The position numbers were made by a program, and so were the translations under genes. Below, piece by piece: positions 23,326 through 35,964 of a stretch of 64,000 nt of DNA (the first letter of the stretch is position 1; each line of letters opens with the position of its first letter). This stretch comes from Takakia lepidozioides (taxonomy: Eukaryota > Plantae > Bryophyta): assembly GCA_030704615.1 (NCBI GenBank), contig CM060732.1:83142001-83206000 (forward strand). The letters run 5' to 3'. The notes beneath the pieces are model-generated. The model was not told where the DNA came from, ran no database searches, and saw only the letters and a program-made list of their open reading frames with translations.

Positions 23326-24385
23326 CCGAACGGCCCCGGACGGAAATTCGGCGCCGTTTTTCCATCCTGGGAGGTTTTTATGTCGGCCCGTTTTCAGCCA
23401 GACCCCCTGACACGACTTCCTTTGGGGGGGCCCGGATGGAAATTCGGCGCCAAATTTCCATTCGGGGGATGCTCTCTATCGGACAGGTGCCGGCCTCTCC
23501 GCCCGAAGCGACTTCATCCGGGCGTCCTCTGTTGGAAATTCGGTGCCGAATTTCCGTCCGGGGGTTGTAATTTGACGGCCAGGTGCCGCCCTCTCCCCCC
23601 GAGCCGACTGCATTCGAACAGCCCCGGATGGAAATTCGGCGCCGTTTTTCCATCCGGGGAGGTTTTTATGTCGGCCACTTTTCGGCTTGACCCCCCGACA
23701 AGACTTCCTTTGTGGGGGCCCGGATGGAAATTCGGCGCCGAATTTCCATCCGGGAGATGCTCTCTATCGGACAGGTGCCGGCCTCTCCGCCCAAGGCGAC
23801 TTCATCCGAGCGTCCCCTGTTGGATATTCGGTGCCGAATTTCCGTCCAGGGGTTGTAATGTGACGGCCAGGTGCCGACCTCTCCCCCCGAGCCGATTGCA
23901 TCCGAACGGCCCCGGATGGAAATTCGGCGTTGTTTTTCCATTCGGGGAGGTTTTTATGTCGGCCAGTTTTCGGCCTGACCTCCCGACAAGACTTCCTTTG
24001 GGGGGGCCCGGACGGAAATTCGGCGCCGAATTTCCATCCGGGGGATGCTCTCTGTCGGACAGGTGCCGGCCTCTCCGCCCGAGGCGACTTCATCCGGGCG
24101 TCCCCTGTTGGATATTCGGTGCCAATTTTTCGTCCGGGGGTTGTAATGTGACGGCCAGGTGCCGGCCTCTCCCCCCGGGCCGACTGCATCCGAACAGCCC
24201 CGGATGGAAATTCGGTGCCGTTTTTCCATCCGGAGAGGTTTTTATGTCGGCCAGTTTTCAGCCTAACCCCCCGACAGGACTTCCTTTGGGGGGCCCGGAT
24301 GGAAATTCGGCTCTGAATTTCCATCTGGGGGATGTTCTCTGTCGGACAGGTGCCGGCCTCTCTGCCCGAGGCGACTTCAACCGGG
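23326..24385. repeat. Satellite C: 288-bp higher-order repeat, ~3.6 copies
   Basis: TATGTCGGCC recurs at ~23379, 23667, 23955 and 24243. Each unit has three GGAAATTCGGCGCCG-type cores. Confidence 0.95.
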
Positions 24386-25509
24386 CGGGCCTGCTGCTCT
24401 CTGCTCCATTTTCCTATCTAGGTCTGTTAGTGTGGGATGGTTGTATGGTGGACTCATCATTGTTCAGACTGCATGAAAGGGGGCAAGCAGAATATGCAAT
24501 ATCGTCGTCAAGTAAGAAGAAAACTAGCATCAATATGGTTGCCCTAGAAATACAAACAAAATAGGCCCTGTAGACTTGTGGACTTAAAGTCAGATCCTTG
24601 AAAATCTCTTGTACCTGAACGAGATGTGGTGTTGTGAAACGTGATGAATGCATGATATGCACAGGAGGGGTGCGGGATGAAGGCTTTGGCATAAAGACCT
24701 ATGAGCAAATGATGCGGTAAGGGTTGAAGTTGGACTAGATCATGTTCATTTGTGTTTAATGTAATGCATGAACGACCATGCAAACAGCCCTCCAAAAAGG
24801 CAAAGAGGTCCATGGTGATGTTGTCAAAGCTACGATTGTATCAGGTGTCATTTAGAACAGTACCAACGTTAACATGTATGCCAAATGTGGGAGCAACGAG
24901 AATTGTTATTATTATTATTATTATTATTTCTTTTGTTTGTCTAAGCAGGGAGAGAGCAGCAGCTGCTGCTACTGTCTCTCTCCCCCTACTTAGGCCAAGG
25001 AAGATTGGGGAGGGAGAGAGGAGCAGCAGCAGCAGTTGCTGCACACAAATCCCCCCCGTTTCTTTTTTAATTTTTTCTTCTTGTTTTGGCCTAAGTGGAA
25101 ACAGCAGCGGCAGCATCACAATTGTAGAACAAGACACTGCTAATGAAGGCACCTTCCTCAACACATTTCAGCCTGTTTTTAACAATTTTATCAATGAAAA
25201 ATATTTTTTCTACTAATTTTTATTTGTTACACAAGTTATTTTGAAATTGTTAAAAATTTGATCTATAATTTGTCCATAAATTTGTATTAAAAATTATACA
25301 TAAATAAAGGGTTTGTTATATTATGAATGAACACATGAATACATACAACAGGGTGTTGTTATTTATTAATTTGTTTTTATATAAATATTTTAGGGGTTTT
25401 AATATACTCTTAAAAATATATATACATATGATAAATTCATGACTTAAGCTATATACGGGGGTATTTTATATTGGCCGATGCACGCACGTGATATGGTCTT
25501 TTTATGAAG

Positions 25510-27195
25510 AGTGCACCACTCAGGACCCTACACGACATAACCTCCTATGGCGCCCCCCTTGTATACCTGGGGCTTACTTCCCCCAAATACCCACCAGTCC
25601 ACTCACACTACACAGATGGCTCCCTCTTCGGCTCCCATGCCGGATATGACATCTACTATGCCGCCACAAACAAAGGGGCTGCCCACTGACTCCCAGACCC
25701 CGCAACCATACTCCGTGCAGTACTTATGGCTATTTTTGAAGCTCTTTCACAATTAGCCTCGTTTCCTCCACCATACTACATTTTCACGGATAGCCTACCT
25801 TCACTCTTTCTACTTCGTAACCACCTTGTTTGTCCTTCCTCCCACCACCACCACCCTGATCGTAATCTTATCTCCGCTATTATCAACCGCGCTATCTCCA
25901 TCGATAAACCCATTCATTTTCTCAAAGTTAGATCACATACCGGTATTAATGGCAACCAAGAGGCCGACCTCCTCGCCTAGATGGGGGCCTCCAAGCCCCC
26001 AGTTGAACCCTCGGATGACCCCATCCACATTGCTCATGCACATCCCTTTTGGCTGATTCACTCGGTTTTAGACCCCCCAGAACCCCGGCCGATCCGGAAC
26101 CTTCTTACTACCCTGATTAAAGAAGCCAACAAACAAGCCGCAGCTTCTCTCAGCCACACCAAACTACATAAACAACAATAGACACACTCCACAGTACTCC
26201 ACGACAAACTGACAAATCACTTCTGGCACACTCTAGCCGCATCTGACGCGCAAATACGACAAACACTTAAATTCAGATACACCCCGTACATGGGCCACCA
26301 GCAAAAGCACACCTTCTGGCCAACCATACACCCTTCTCCACATTGCCCACTCTGCTCCCACATCTACGCGACATGCAATACCTAGCCCTATCTCCTTAGC
26401 GAATGTCCCCATCTCGTCATCCACGGGCTCCGTATTGCCAGGCACAACCATACCGTATGACATATCCATAAACTCATATTGCGCCGTAATGAAACTCGAT
26501 GGGTCTCACTCATCAATGCTGGCACCTACCAAGGCAGACCACCCGACCATATTACGGTTCCCACATGGCTATTCCCATGTGTATGCGGTCGACGCATCTT
26601 GCACATGCCTTGCCAGACTGTGCCCGAATATTCTGCTACTCTAGGGACTCCCCATAAACGCCCCCCCACCCACTGCCCCATCCCAAACCCTCACCATTCA
26701 CTTCATAGAATTCACATACTGCCACGATCGCTTCACCCTCGAAAAACGCCAAAATTATGCACCACTTATCCTCACTATCCGACGGCGGGGATGGGCCACA
26801 GGCCCACTTACTGTCATCACTGCCGGCACCAGAGGGGGCATCCATAATGCCAACATCTCTGCACTTCAAAACAACTTTAAATTCCCCATCACTTCTATCC
26901 ATAAATGCTTTAGAGCCATACACCTCATGACGCTTCGTTCACTACTATCATTACCAACAAACGTCGGCTTGAATCCAACCCTCATCGTGCTTCCTAGGTA
27001 TCTTGGGCGTCTTTGGGTACCCATTGGGTACCACGTGGTACCCTTAGCTCCACGGGTACCATCTTTCAGCAGATTACTGGGTGTCCCCTGGACACCATTT
27101 TTCTCATAGGGCCCACCCCTGAAAAGGGGCAGTAGCTGCAACGCAAAGTGGCTCTTAGTTACGCCGGCTTCGGCCAGAGTCTTCTCTCTCTGACT
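25510..27195 (+). mobile_element. Dualen/RandI-like LINE 3' portion: RNase H, zinc knuckle, restriction-like endonuclease, probable 3' UTR
   Basis: HYTDGS; YIFTDSL; FLKVRSHTGINGNQEADLLA (RNase H); CPLC..LLSEC; RIARHNH; ARLCPNILLL (RPD-like); IHFIEFTYCHDRF (RLE). Many stops and frameshifts. Confidence 0.8.
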
Positions 27196-28559
27196 CAAGC
27201 ATCTCCCAGGATGCAACCCAAAAATGGGCAGATTTCAAATCTGAGGTAAATTTGGAAGAATCCAAAAATTCCTTTGCCATTCTCTGTGCATTGTTGCAGA
27301 GCACAACATCACCGTAGGAATAAGTTGTGAGGTAAAAAATGAGGACCCCATAGGACATATTGTAAACTATTGTACTAGGAGTGCATTTTGAACCCCCCCA
27401 ATTTGACATACAAAGGATCCCCCAACAAGATTTGGGGGTATGGGGCTGCAATTTCATTCCTACATCGTGTGAGTGCCCAGGAATCAGAGTATGTAGGGCA
27501 TTTGCACAGGAAAAATCAAGAACCCCCACTTCCAGCTTGGTCAAAGCATTTTTTTGGGTCGAATTAGTGGGCATGTGGAAAAATCACATTAGAATTTTCT
27601 TATAATCTGCCAATTGCAACAGTGAAAGTCTCTGAAAAATCAGGGGCAGATGGATGTAGTAGGTAGGAACATTTCTGTAAGGTCACTTTCTGTGGATGAT
27701 TCATGGCAGGAAGTTATGGCATCATCCATGCCACTATGTATCCTTTTTGGGCTGACCCACCAAAACGGTGGTCGTCGCTTAAGGGTTAATTTTGAACAAA
27801 AACAGGCACACATGCACTCTTCCTTGCAGTGTCTACTTTTGAAGACTGCAACACCCTTTAGCTTGCAAAAATGCTCCGTATGAAGGGCAGAAAAATCAGG
27901 GCCCTTCAAAAGAAAGGCTAGATAAAATCTGAACCTTTCATCATGAAGGGCTAAACAAAAAAAAAACTTGCAAATGAAAGTCTAAGTTTAATAACGAAGG
28001 ATTCAAGCCTCAATGTGCAAGTGCTTAATAATGAAGGTACAAGTGCTTAAACCCATCCATTGCCCAAGTTGCAATAGCCATTGGAGGTTCCAAATTCCAA
28101 TGGCTATTCCAGTTTTGCCAATGTGCCAAATTCCATTGCCATTGCGTGGGCCCTACATGCTCCACCGCGTACTGCCAACAGCAAAATGTGTGTGTTGTAT
28201 GGCTATGGCTTACTTTCTAAGTCCTTAGTCCATGTGACCTACCCTACCTGGGCATATTGTTCAGCGCGTTTTTTTAAGAAATTTGGAAAACAGCACGAGT
28301 GGCTATAGAGCTTTGCAAAAAATAGTACAATCTGTTCATCCACTTCTGACCTTTAATCCATTTATATCGTCCATATTTGGCAAATTCATCTATACTTTAT
28401 TTTTTGTTTGGAGAAGTTTGGCGATTTCATCCATGAAAAAATAGGGAATTTACGACTGTGCATATTCCATTTATTTTTTGAGGTCGAAATCTGGCGAAAA
28501 TTTGCCAATAAAAAAGACGCTGATATTGTTGCGTTTCAGATGAGTTTTTTTACTGCTTA

Positions 28560-28790
28560 GCCTACTTTGATTAGTCTTTGGCAAAGGGTGTTGGTTATTC
28601 CTGCCAGCAGAGCTATTTGCGAGCGTGGGTTCTCAAAGCAAAATTGGGTGAAAAATAACCGGAGAAATAGATTGAAGTTGAGGACGTTGGATGTATTGAT
28701 GCGAGTTTCTTTAAGTGGGCGCGAAGTGGAGGCCATGGATTTGACTGCCATTTTTAGATTTGGAGTAGCATGAAGAACCGTAGAGCTGTT
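28560..28790 (+). pseudogene. hAT transposase C-terminal dimerisation domain fragment
   Basis: LVIPASRAICERGFSKQNWVKNNRRNRLKLRTLDVLMRVSL matches the P.S...ER.FS.....K...RNRL motif. Confidence 0.85.
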
Positions 28791-29474
28791 CCATTGGAAA
28801 TAGATTCAGATTGAATTCTCTCATAATTTTTATCATATGTGGACTTGTGTAATGTGAAAAGACTTCCATTTCATGTATATTGTACAGCAAAAAAAAATTT
28901 AATGTTACATGCATGCTCGCCGAATGGCCGCAAAAAAAAAATGAAGGGCTGTCAAAATTATAGCCCCTCAACATGAAGGACAATTTTTTTAAGGAAACTT
29001 GCAAATGCAAATCTAAGGTACCCTTCAAAACTGAACACTGAAATTTCCTTGGGTTTGCATTGCTCCTACCCTAGTATGCGTTAGTGGAGCAACTCATAAT
29101 ATTTTCCGTAATCGTTGCTTGAATAAAATCCTTTGTATTTTCTGTTGGCTTATACCTGTGAACCCTAACGGGCCGGGAGCAGTTGAATTATGCGATGGAC
29201 CGTAACCGAAATTTGCGGAATGGCGTTCCATCCCGTAAGGTCACTCCTGCCACCATTCCCCCATTTTCGCGTCTTTCCAGCATCTTTCCGAGATCAGACG
29301 AACCAAAGGAGCGAGCAAAGAAGATGCCGCAGCGGGGAAAGAAATCTGGGCGCCTAAAAGAAGGGACACGTGGCGGGATTTTATTTATTCAAGGAACGTT
29401 TACGCAGGGTAAGGGCCCCGCGCGCGGGCCGTCACACGTTTGCGCCACTGGTCACTCGGGCTCCGCCCTCATTC

Positions 29475-29666
29475 CTCTAGATATCTGAATCCAAGTATTC
29501 TGTTGATGTCCACAGTCAAATTGTGTAGGGTAAAAGGGCCTCACGCAAGGGCTGTCACACGTTTAAACCACTGGTCACTCGGGCGGCCCTTTTACCGTGA
29601 GGCCCTTTTACCCTACACAATTTGACTGTGGACATCAACAGAATACTTGGATTCAGATATCTAGAG
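29475..29666. repeat. Perfect 71-bp inverted repeat with a 50-bp loop
   Basis: 29475-29545 is the exact reverse complement of 29596-29666. Confidence 0.97.
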
Positions 29667-29904
29667 TAGTTTGACACATGGAAGGTGACATTTGGGTTCC
29701 TAGAATGATCTGTTTGGTGTTCCATTCTTAAGAGGTCTTGGTTACCGAAGTGATGGCAGAAAGAATATATTGTCAGGCATCCCTCGGTGTTAACAAGAAG
29801 CATAACACCTTTCAGCCTCATTTCGGCTGGCCCATAAATGTCTACTGTGTTGTGGCGATAAGTCTGCAAAGCAGGGTGTGGTCTGTATTCAAGGCTTTCT
29901 GGCC

Positions 29905-32900
29905 ATGGTGAAAGAGAAGCACACCACGAAGAAGAGGAGGATTGGAGATGCCAGTAGAGAGCGGAGCAGCAGCTGGCATGAATTGGGGGAAGAGGGGGGC
30001 ATGACATGTTTTCTCACAGACGACACTTTGTTGTACATCCTGCGCCGCCTTCCAACTCGTTATCTCCTCTCCTGCGTGGCGCTTGTCTGCCGACGCTGGA
30101 GTCGCCTCTGTCAAACCCACCTTGTATGCACGCATGCACTGCAATTAACTCGTTATGTTCACGCACGTCTTATATGTGGCAGGTCATCGAGCCACTGTAA
30201 TCTCTGCAGGCGCCCTTTGCAGTGCTAATGGAAAGAGGATTGTTTGGAAGCAAGCCAGCGATTACCGTATGTACTTTAGAAATCCTTTTGGAAAAGTTGA
30301 TTTGTTCTGCAGGCCACTAACAAAGTAATTGAGAAGATGATTTTGCAATCTGACAGGTATATGAACTGGTGCCTCCCCTATTCGGCACCCCCAAAAAGCC
30401 CTTGGGCTCTTTGGTACGTCTCACTCCCTCTCTTGCTCTCTTTCATCTGGCATCTATGGGCTCCTGATGGTTTGGTTGTATCGGGCAGCTGCAATCGTGC
30501 CTATCGCAACTTGAGGGCGACAGTTGGGCTCAAATCAACTTTATCATGTGAAGTGATTCTAGAATAGCTAGTGGGCAATGTATTCTTGGGCAATCTACAA
30601 ACAGAGTTTTACTCCTGGGTTGATAGAAAACAATTTTTTCTAGGGACCGACAGAAGCAAGTCTATCACATGTCCATATTTTTCTGGACCGACAATGAGTG
30701 TGGATGTAGGCTGCTTCATCTGTTTGGAAGTTCTGTTGAAAGAAGAGAGGATGGTAAGGCATGGGTGGAAGGAGAGGGAGATTCAAGCTTTTCCTGTGGT
30801 TTAGGGCTGACAGAATAACAGGTATGTGTCTGTCTGACAAAATGATGTGAGAGACTTGTTCTGTGCCTTAATGGGGGTCTCTCAACAATTTGATTATCAA
30901 GTGGTTCATAATCATCAGAAGAGCTAAAGAACACTATTTGTGTTGAAGACAGAGCAGGGCATTCTGGAGCTGACAAAGCGGCATGCTTCCACTCTGAAGG
31001 CAGTTGAATTATGGGGGTATGTTCTTCATGAGATTGAAACAAAGCTTCAGTTTTCCTTTGTTGTCTTTGGGATTGCTGCCTTTCTGTAGTTTATGCATCA
31101 AGTGTGGGTTTGAGAGCGGGTCAATTTAGATTCTAGACAAGTGGTACATACTAAGGGTTTCCCCAATGTTTGAACAATCTTGCCTAACTCCGGTTTCTTA
31201 GTGACAGCGTTTTCTCCTGAGGTACATTGATTTGAGATGTCATAGAACATGAATGAGGTGCATCTGTAACGTGGCATGAAGGGGAAGCTGTGTGTACGAG
31301 GGATGATACAAGTTAGATTTGCAATGTTGTGCTGGTAAAGATATTATCCAGAACATTCTGAGCTTCCCAGCGATTTAGCAGTCGAGAGTGGAGTGACAGC
31401 TTTTTTTATTGTCCAAAGGTCTCAGCTGTGGTAGTTTCTCAAATCTTGGAAGGGTGGCTGTGATTTTTTACATTTGTGATGATGTGCAAAGATGTCTTTC
31501 TCTTGTGGTCTAACAAAGCAAAAAGTTTCTTCATTTCTCTCTGAAATTGAGCATTGGGGTGGTGGGCAGTCTGAAGCAGCTGAACAGCAAGGCGATAGAA
31601 GTGATGTGTGCAGGGCTTCCACACTTACAACACCTGGCTCTGGTGTCATGCCCACTACTGGGGTCCATGGATCTGGAGAACATTGTACACCAGCTCCCAC
31701 GCCAGCTTAGCACATTGGACCTGCATATGGACCATCTGATCTCACCATTGTATCATGATAGACTGGTCAGACAGCCCCTGATTCTCGATGGCGTTCTTTC
31801 TCTTCTCCAACAGCGCTGCTCCAATTTGCAGAAGCTGGATTTGGATTTAAGCTCCTTAATCACTGGCCCTGCCTTGGATCGCCTCCTGCTTGCCTTCCCC
31901 ACCCTCACGTCGCTCCACCTCCACTGCCCTTTGCTTGGCTGGCCTGAAGTTGTGCGCATCCTCCAAGGCTGCATCTCCTTGCACCACTTTTCCCTTTGCT
32001 CACCCCTTCTGCTCCAAGATCCGAGCAGCTCGGATTACTCAGTGGTGTCAGAAAGGACTGCAACCTTCTCTGAAAGGACAGTGGCAGTGGACATGCCGCA
32101 CTCATTGGTATCACTGCGCTTGTACTCAGCCCATCATCGTTCAGTGCCTTGGGTGTCCTCACCTTCACTAGATTTGTTGAGGATCCGAGGGAAACAGCTA
32201 CGCCATCTGCATGCCCAGACATCATTCAACACTAGCTGGCATGTCATATCTTTGTGGTGTCTGAATTTGACGTGCCTCGACTTGTCCCACAGCCAGAATG
32301 TCACTCTTAATCTCACAGAGGTTCCAGCTTTGTTATGATCCCATTTACTCATGCCTGATGATGAGAAGCACACACCCAGAGTAGCTTCGTTTCTCTTTTG
32401 ATGGGTAGTTGGCTTCAATATGCTTGTTCTGGGGGAGAGAGAATATATACTGAATGTGGATCAAAGAAACAGAAGTCCAAAAGGCTATGGGAGCAAAAGA
32501 AACAGAATTGATTCATTTCACAAAGATAAGGAGAAAGAAATGAAGGGAACTTCACAACATCCACAGTGGACCCCTATGGTCCACAGGACGAAGGAGGACG
32601 GTAAGTCAAATCCAGATGAAATTAAACCTGGTGTGGGAGTCCCTCATGCAGGGAGAACAAGAGAAAGAGATGAACATAGACACCATGTCTGGTTTGTACA
32701 CAGAAACGGGGCACAAGTCCTTGCAGGAAGCACTTGAGATCTCTTTAATTGGAGGGGTTTATGATGCAGGCAGAGGAAGCAGTGCTGTGTACACTAGTGC
32801 AGTCGCTGGTAAAGCTGGAGCAAGTTGCACTTCCGGCTGTCACAGACCGAATTCTTGTCCAGCTTAGCTGTTACTGCCCTAATCTTTTGGAGGTTCGCTT

Positions 32901-35338
32901 CCAGGTAATCTTTCATTGACAGTACTTGAGGAAATATTCAAGCTCCAGTGTATTTTGCTTACTAGGGTGACAGGGCAAGAAGAAGCAATGGGGTTCAGAT
33001 TTCATGTGGACCAAACAACACATTTTAGCATATTGTATTCTTGAGAGGTACCTCTGGAGGAGTACACATGGTGGGGACAAACTACAGTGAAGGTATGCTC
33101 TGGGGCTGGGATATTATGTAGATGGGCAACTCCCAGAAGTGTCCAGTGTTGCCCCTGCTGATGTTGGGGTGCTCACTTAAGGGGGGAATCCTTTGATGTT
33201 ATCTGATAGCAGATATTTATGTGGTTGCTGTCGCACTATAAAGAAATGGCTGACTGTTAAAGAACTATGGCAGACACGGAGAGGAAATCGACAAACAAAG
33301 AAGCTTTACAACATCACCTGGAAGAGAATATACTCATAAGACGTTGTTTGCCATAGCCTTGTGGCCATAACCTCACCTGGAAGAGAGAAGAGAGACACAG
33401 AGAGACAGACTGAGGCAGAGAAGTGATAACGTGCTTGATCAATAATTGTGCAGAGCAGGAGTGAGCTTGCCTCTATTTGGTTATACACAATAACTCCTTA
33501 AGATCATTAGTTTGGCTGATATGTTGATTCTGTCAGGGCCATAAAGCAAGGACGCCAGGGACATCATTGCAGGCTCAAGTCAGTGTAACAGATCGTGGTG
33601 TCTGTGCACTAGCTGAAGGCTGCCCTGCTCTCTGTGTTTTGAGTTTGGCAGGTTGTCACAAAGTAACCATTTCCTCTGCCCGGTGGGTTCTCCTTTCTAT
33701 TCGAATTTCATTTTTGCAAGGAAAGGGGTCACTACACCCCCTTAGACTACACGAAATTCGGCATTAATTTTTTCTGACCTTACCCCAATTTTCAGGTCAA
33801 ACAATTGTAGCTCTCTAGCCTGTGTATCATGTCAGAAAGCTCTAAAAAATTAAAACAAAAGAAAATAATGTTACAGAAGGTCATTATACTATCAGGAACC
33901 AAAAAACAGAGAACTAAGATAAAGACAGAAAAAAAGACTGAACATCCTGTTACTGGTGATGCAACCACCTATCTTTTACATCGGAGTGGCTGCAAGGTGA
34001 GCTTGGCTTTGGTCTTGCAGTCCTACCCCATTGTGTATTTATGGGTTACTGGAAGGACTCCACTTACTAACAAAGGGATGTGGCAGGACAGGGCTCTTGC
34101 CTTTCATTGCAGAGGATTGCAGGTTCTGGAGTTGACTGGATGCCTCAGTTGGACAGATACTGCTGTGACAGTTCTACTACCCCGTCTTGGTCGTTCACTG
34201 CTGTTCCTGGACGTTAAGGACTGCCCCCAAATCACGCATGCTTCCATAGTTGCACTCATTCAGTCCATACAGGTCAGTCCTCTTACTAGTCTCTTTGTGT
34301 ATGCTGATATGTTCCTGATCAGGCTGGCTTACTGTTGGTGGGTCAGGCTGTTACCATGATATTGATGTCAGAACATTGTAGCCATTGGTGTCTTGTTCTT
34401 TAGCGATGGGACAGCGTTCGCAGTCTACTGCCATTGGACATCTGGGAACATCAATTCTGCTAATAGACATTTATGTGTAAAATCAAAATGGAGTAGTATG
34501 ATAATATGCGTGGTAGTTAAAACCTATAGTCTGAACATGGGAAGTTTTGCCATCAAGGATCGAAAGTGGAATTGAAGACAAGGGATTGTGTATACTTGGG
34601 ATGACTTCTGAAGATGATCAGCAGCCATTTAGATGTCTCTTGCCTACCAGCCAGTACTCGAATTTTTCCAGTCCACGTAACCAAAGCCTAACAGAGCTGA
34701 TATATCTAGCCGTGAATATTACTGCATGTTTTACTGTCTAGATACTGGGATGATTATCCCTGTGTTCTTCACTTGAAATGTGTGAGCTTAGTGTATTATT
34801 CTCCTTTTCGGACAAGAATCTGCGGATTGGGTTTTATCCCTTGGTTGGACGGGACAAAAACGAATGATGTCACATTGTGCTATTTTAAAGTACATTCCAA
34901 GACATTGATGCGGTCATAGAAGGGGGCGTGAAAGAGCTCTTATATTTTCTCGATATTATCAATTTATGTCAATGCACCAGGGACAAGGATAGTCTTGGCC
35001 TGTCATATCACATGTGCAGAAAGTTGATGTGCCATACAGATATAGTGTAATATCCATGCTTAGCCTTGGAGTCTTCCACATTGGTGTTTTGATTGTCCGT
35101 TGCTTTGAGAGAACTCACGAGGGTAGGGCCATGTTGCTCATGTTTGTCTTTGTTGCTGTTGCATCAGGCTAAGGGGACAAGCCTCCGGGTATTGGCAATA
35201 TCCCCAACCCTATATCACTCAGCTCGGTCCAACTTGATGCAATTGCAGATACTTGCACCATCACTACAAATTAGGAAGGGTTTTTCTGGATTTCAGTGGG
35301 ACGGTTTTTATCATTCCCGCTCCTTGCACCACTATTGA
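29905..35338 (+). CDS. F-box/LRR-repeat protein (multi-exon; middle exon structure uncertain)
   Basis: F-box LTDDTLLYILRRLPTRYLLSCVALVCRRW (exon 29905-30123). Small exons at 30210-30266 and 30313-30356. Cys-type LRR exons at ~31570-32320, 32770-32904, 33537-33681 (VTDRGVCALAEGCPALCVLSLAGCHKVT) and 34092-34272. Last exon 35168-35338. Confidence 0.85.
33328..33372 (-). mobile_element. 45-bp 5'-truncated LINE tail with a 14-bp TSD
   Basis: The minus strand reads GGTTATGGCCACAAGGCTATGGCAAACAACGTCTTATGAGTATAT and matches the LINE 3' end at ~52875-52920. It is flanked by TCACCTGGAAGAGA at 33314-33327 and 33373-33386. Confidence 0.9.
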
Positions 35339-35964
35339 AGCGAGGGGTAATCAGGGACTCCATATGTGAACAGAGTGACGGAATTGTAAGGCATCAAGCA
35401 TAAGTTTGCAACTCTACACCCTTGGATAGTCCCTTCTGATCATTCATACAGTTTGACTGTAGGAGTTTCTGAGTTGTGCGTATGGTTGTCTTCTTTGTCC
35501 ATGGGGGCCATTTCCTTTGCAACTGGATGGGCTTTGAAGTGGGGATTGTGGTGTTGTCCAGTACACCCATTCCCTTAAAACGTCTAACATTGAAGCTTTC
35601 TGTAGTGCTTCTCAGTATGGCCCAGTTCAACGCCACTGAGAATGCAAGCAGTTTCCCACCTCAATCAGCCTAGTTGCATCTTTCAGAGCATGCATGGAGA
35701 CTGGAATATGAACTTGGCCTCTATGACCTTGCCAACAACACATGCTGCAAGGCTTAGCAAAATTTTGCTCCCCATGGGTGAATCATGCACCTAACGCACA
35801 TCCTTGATTTAACAAAATTCTCTTATGTTTCTCCGGGGAAGAACCACGGCTGTACGGCTTGGCACAAGCACTCTCTCCATTGCGCCTCTCTCTGCCTACC
35901 GCGATTTGTGTATGTGCCTGTGTCTGCATGTGCGTACTTCTTTACGCAAAGTAGGTCTACATCC

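Noticed and set aside
23380-24564. 394-aa ORF
   Set aside because: Produced by a GC-rich 288-bp tandem unit (a multiple of 3). It is open on both strands and shows no domain.
27230-27900. PIF/Harbinger nuclease remnant on the minus strand (FWWVSPK...FFHMP)
   Set aside because: Too degenerate; no catalytic motifs could be recovered by eye.
28375-28522. MITE-like end (…AATTTGCCAATAAAAAAGACGCTG)
   Set aside because: Only one end is visible; no TSD or second copy in the window.
31511-32748. TAA/TAG-to-Gln alternative genetic code in the F-box gene
   Set aside because: TGA stops occur in the same stretches and the conserved TPR exons have no in-frame TAA/TAG. Decay or splicing explains it better.
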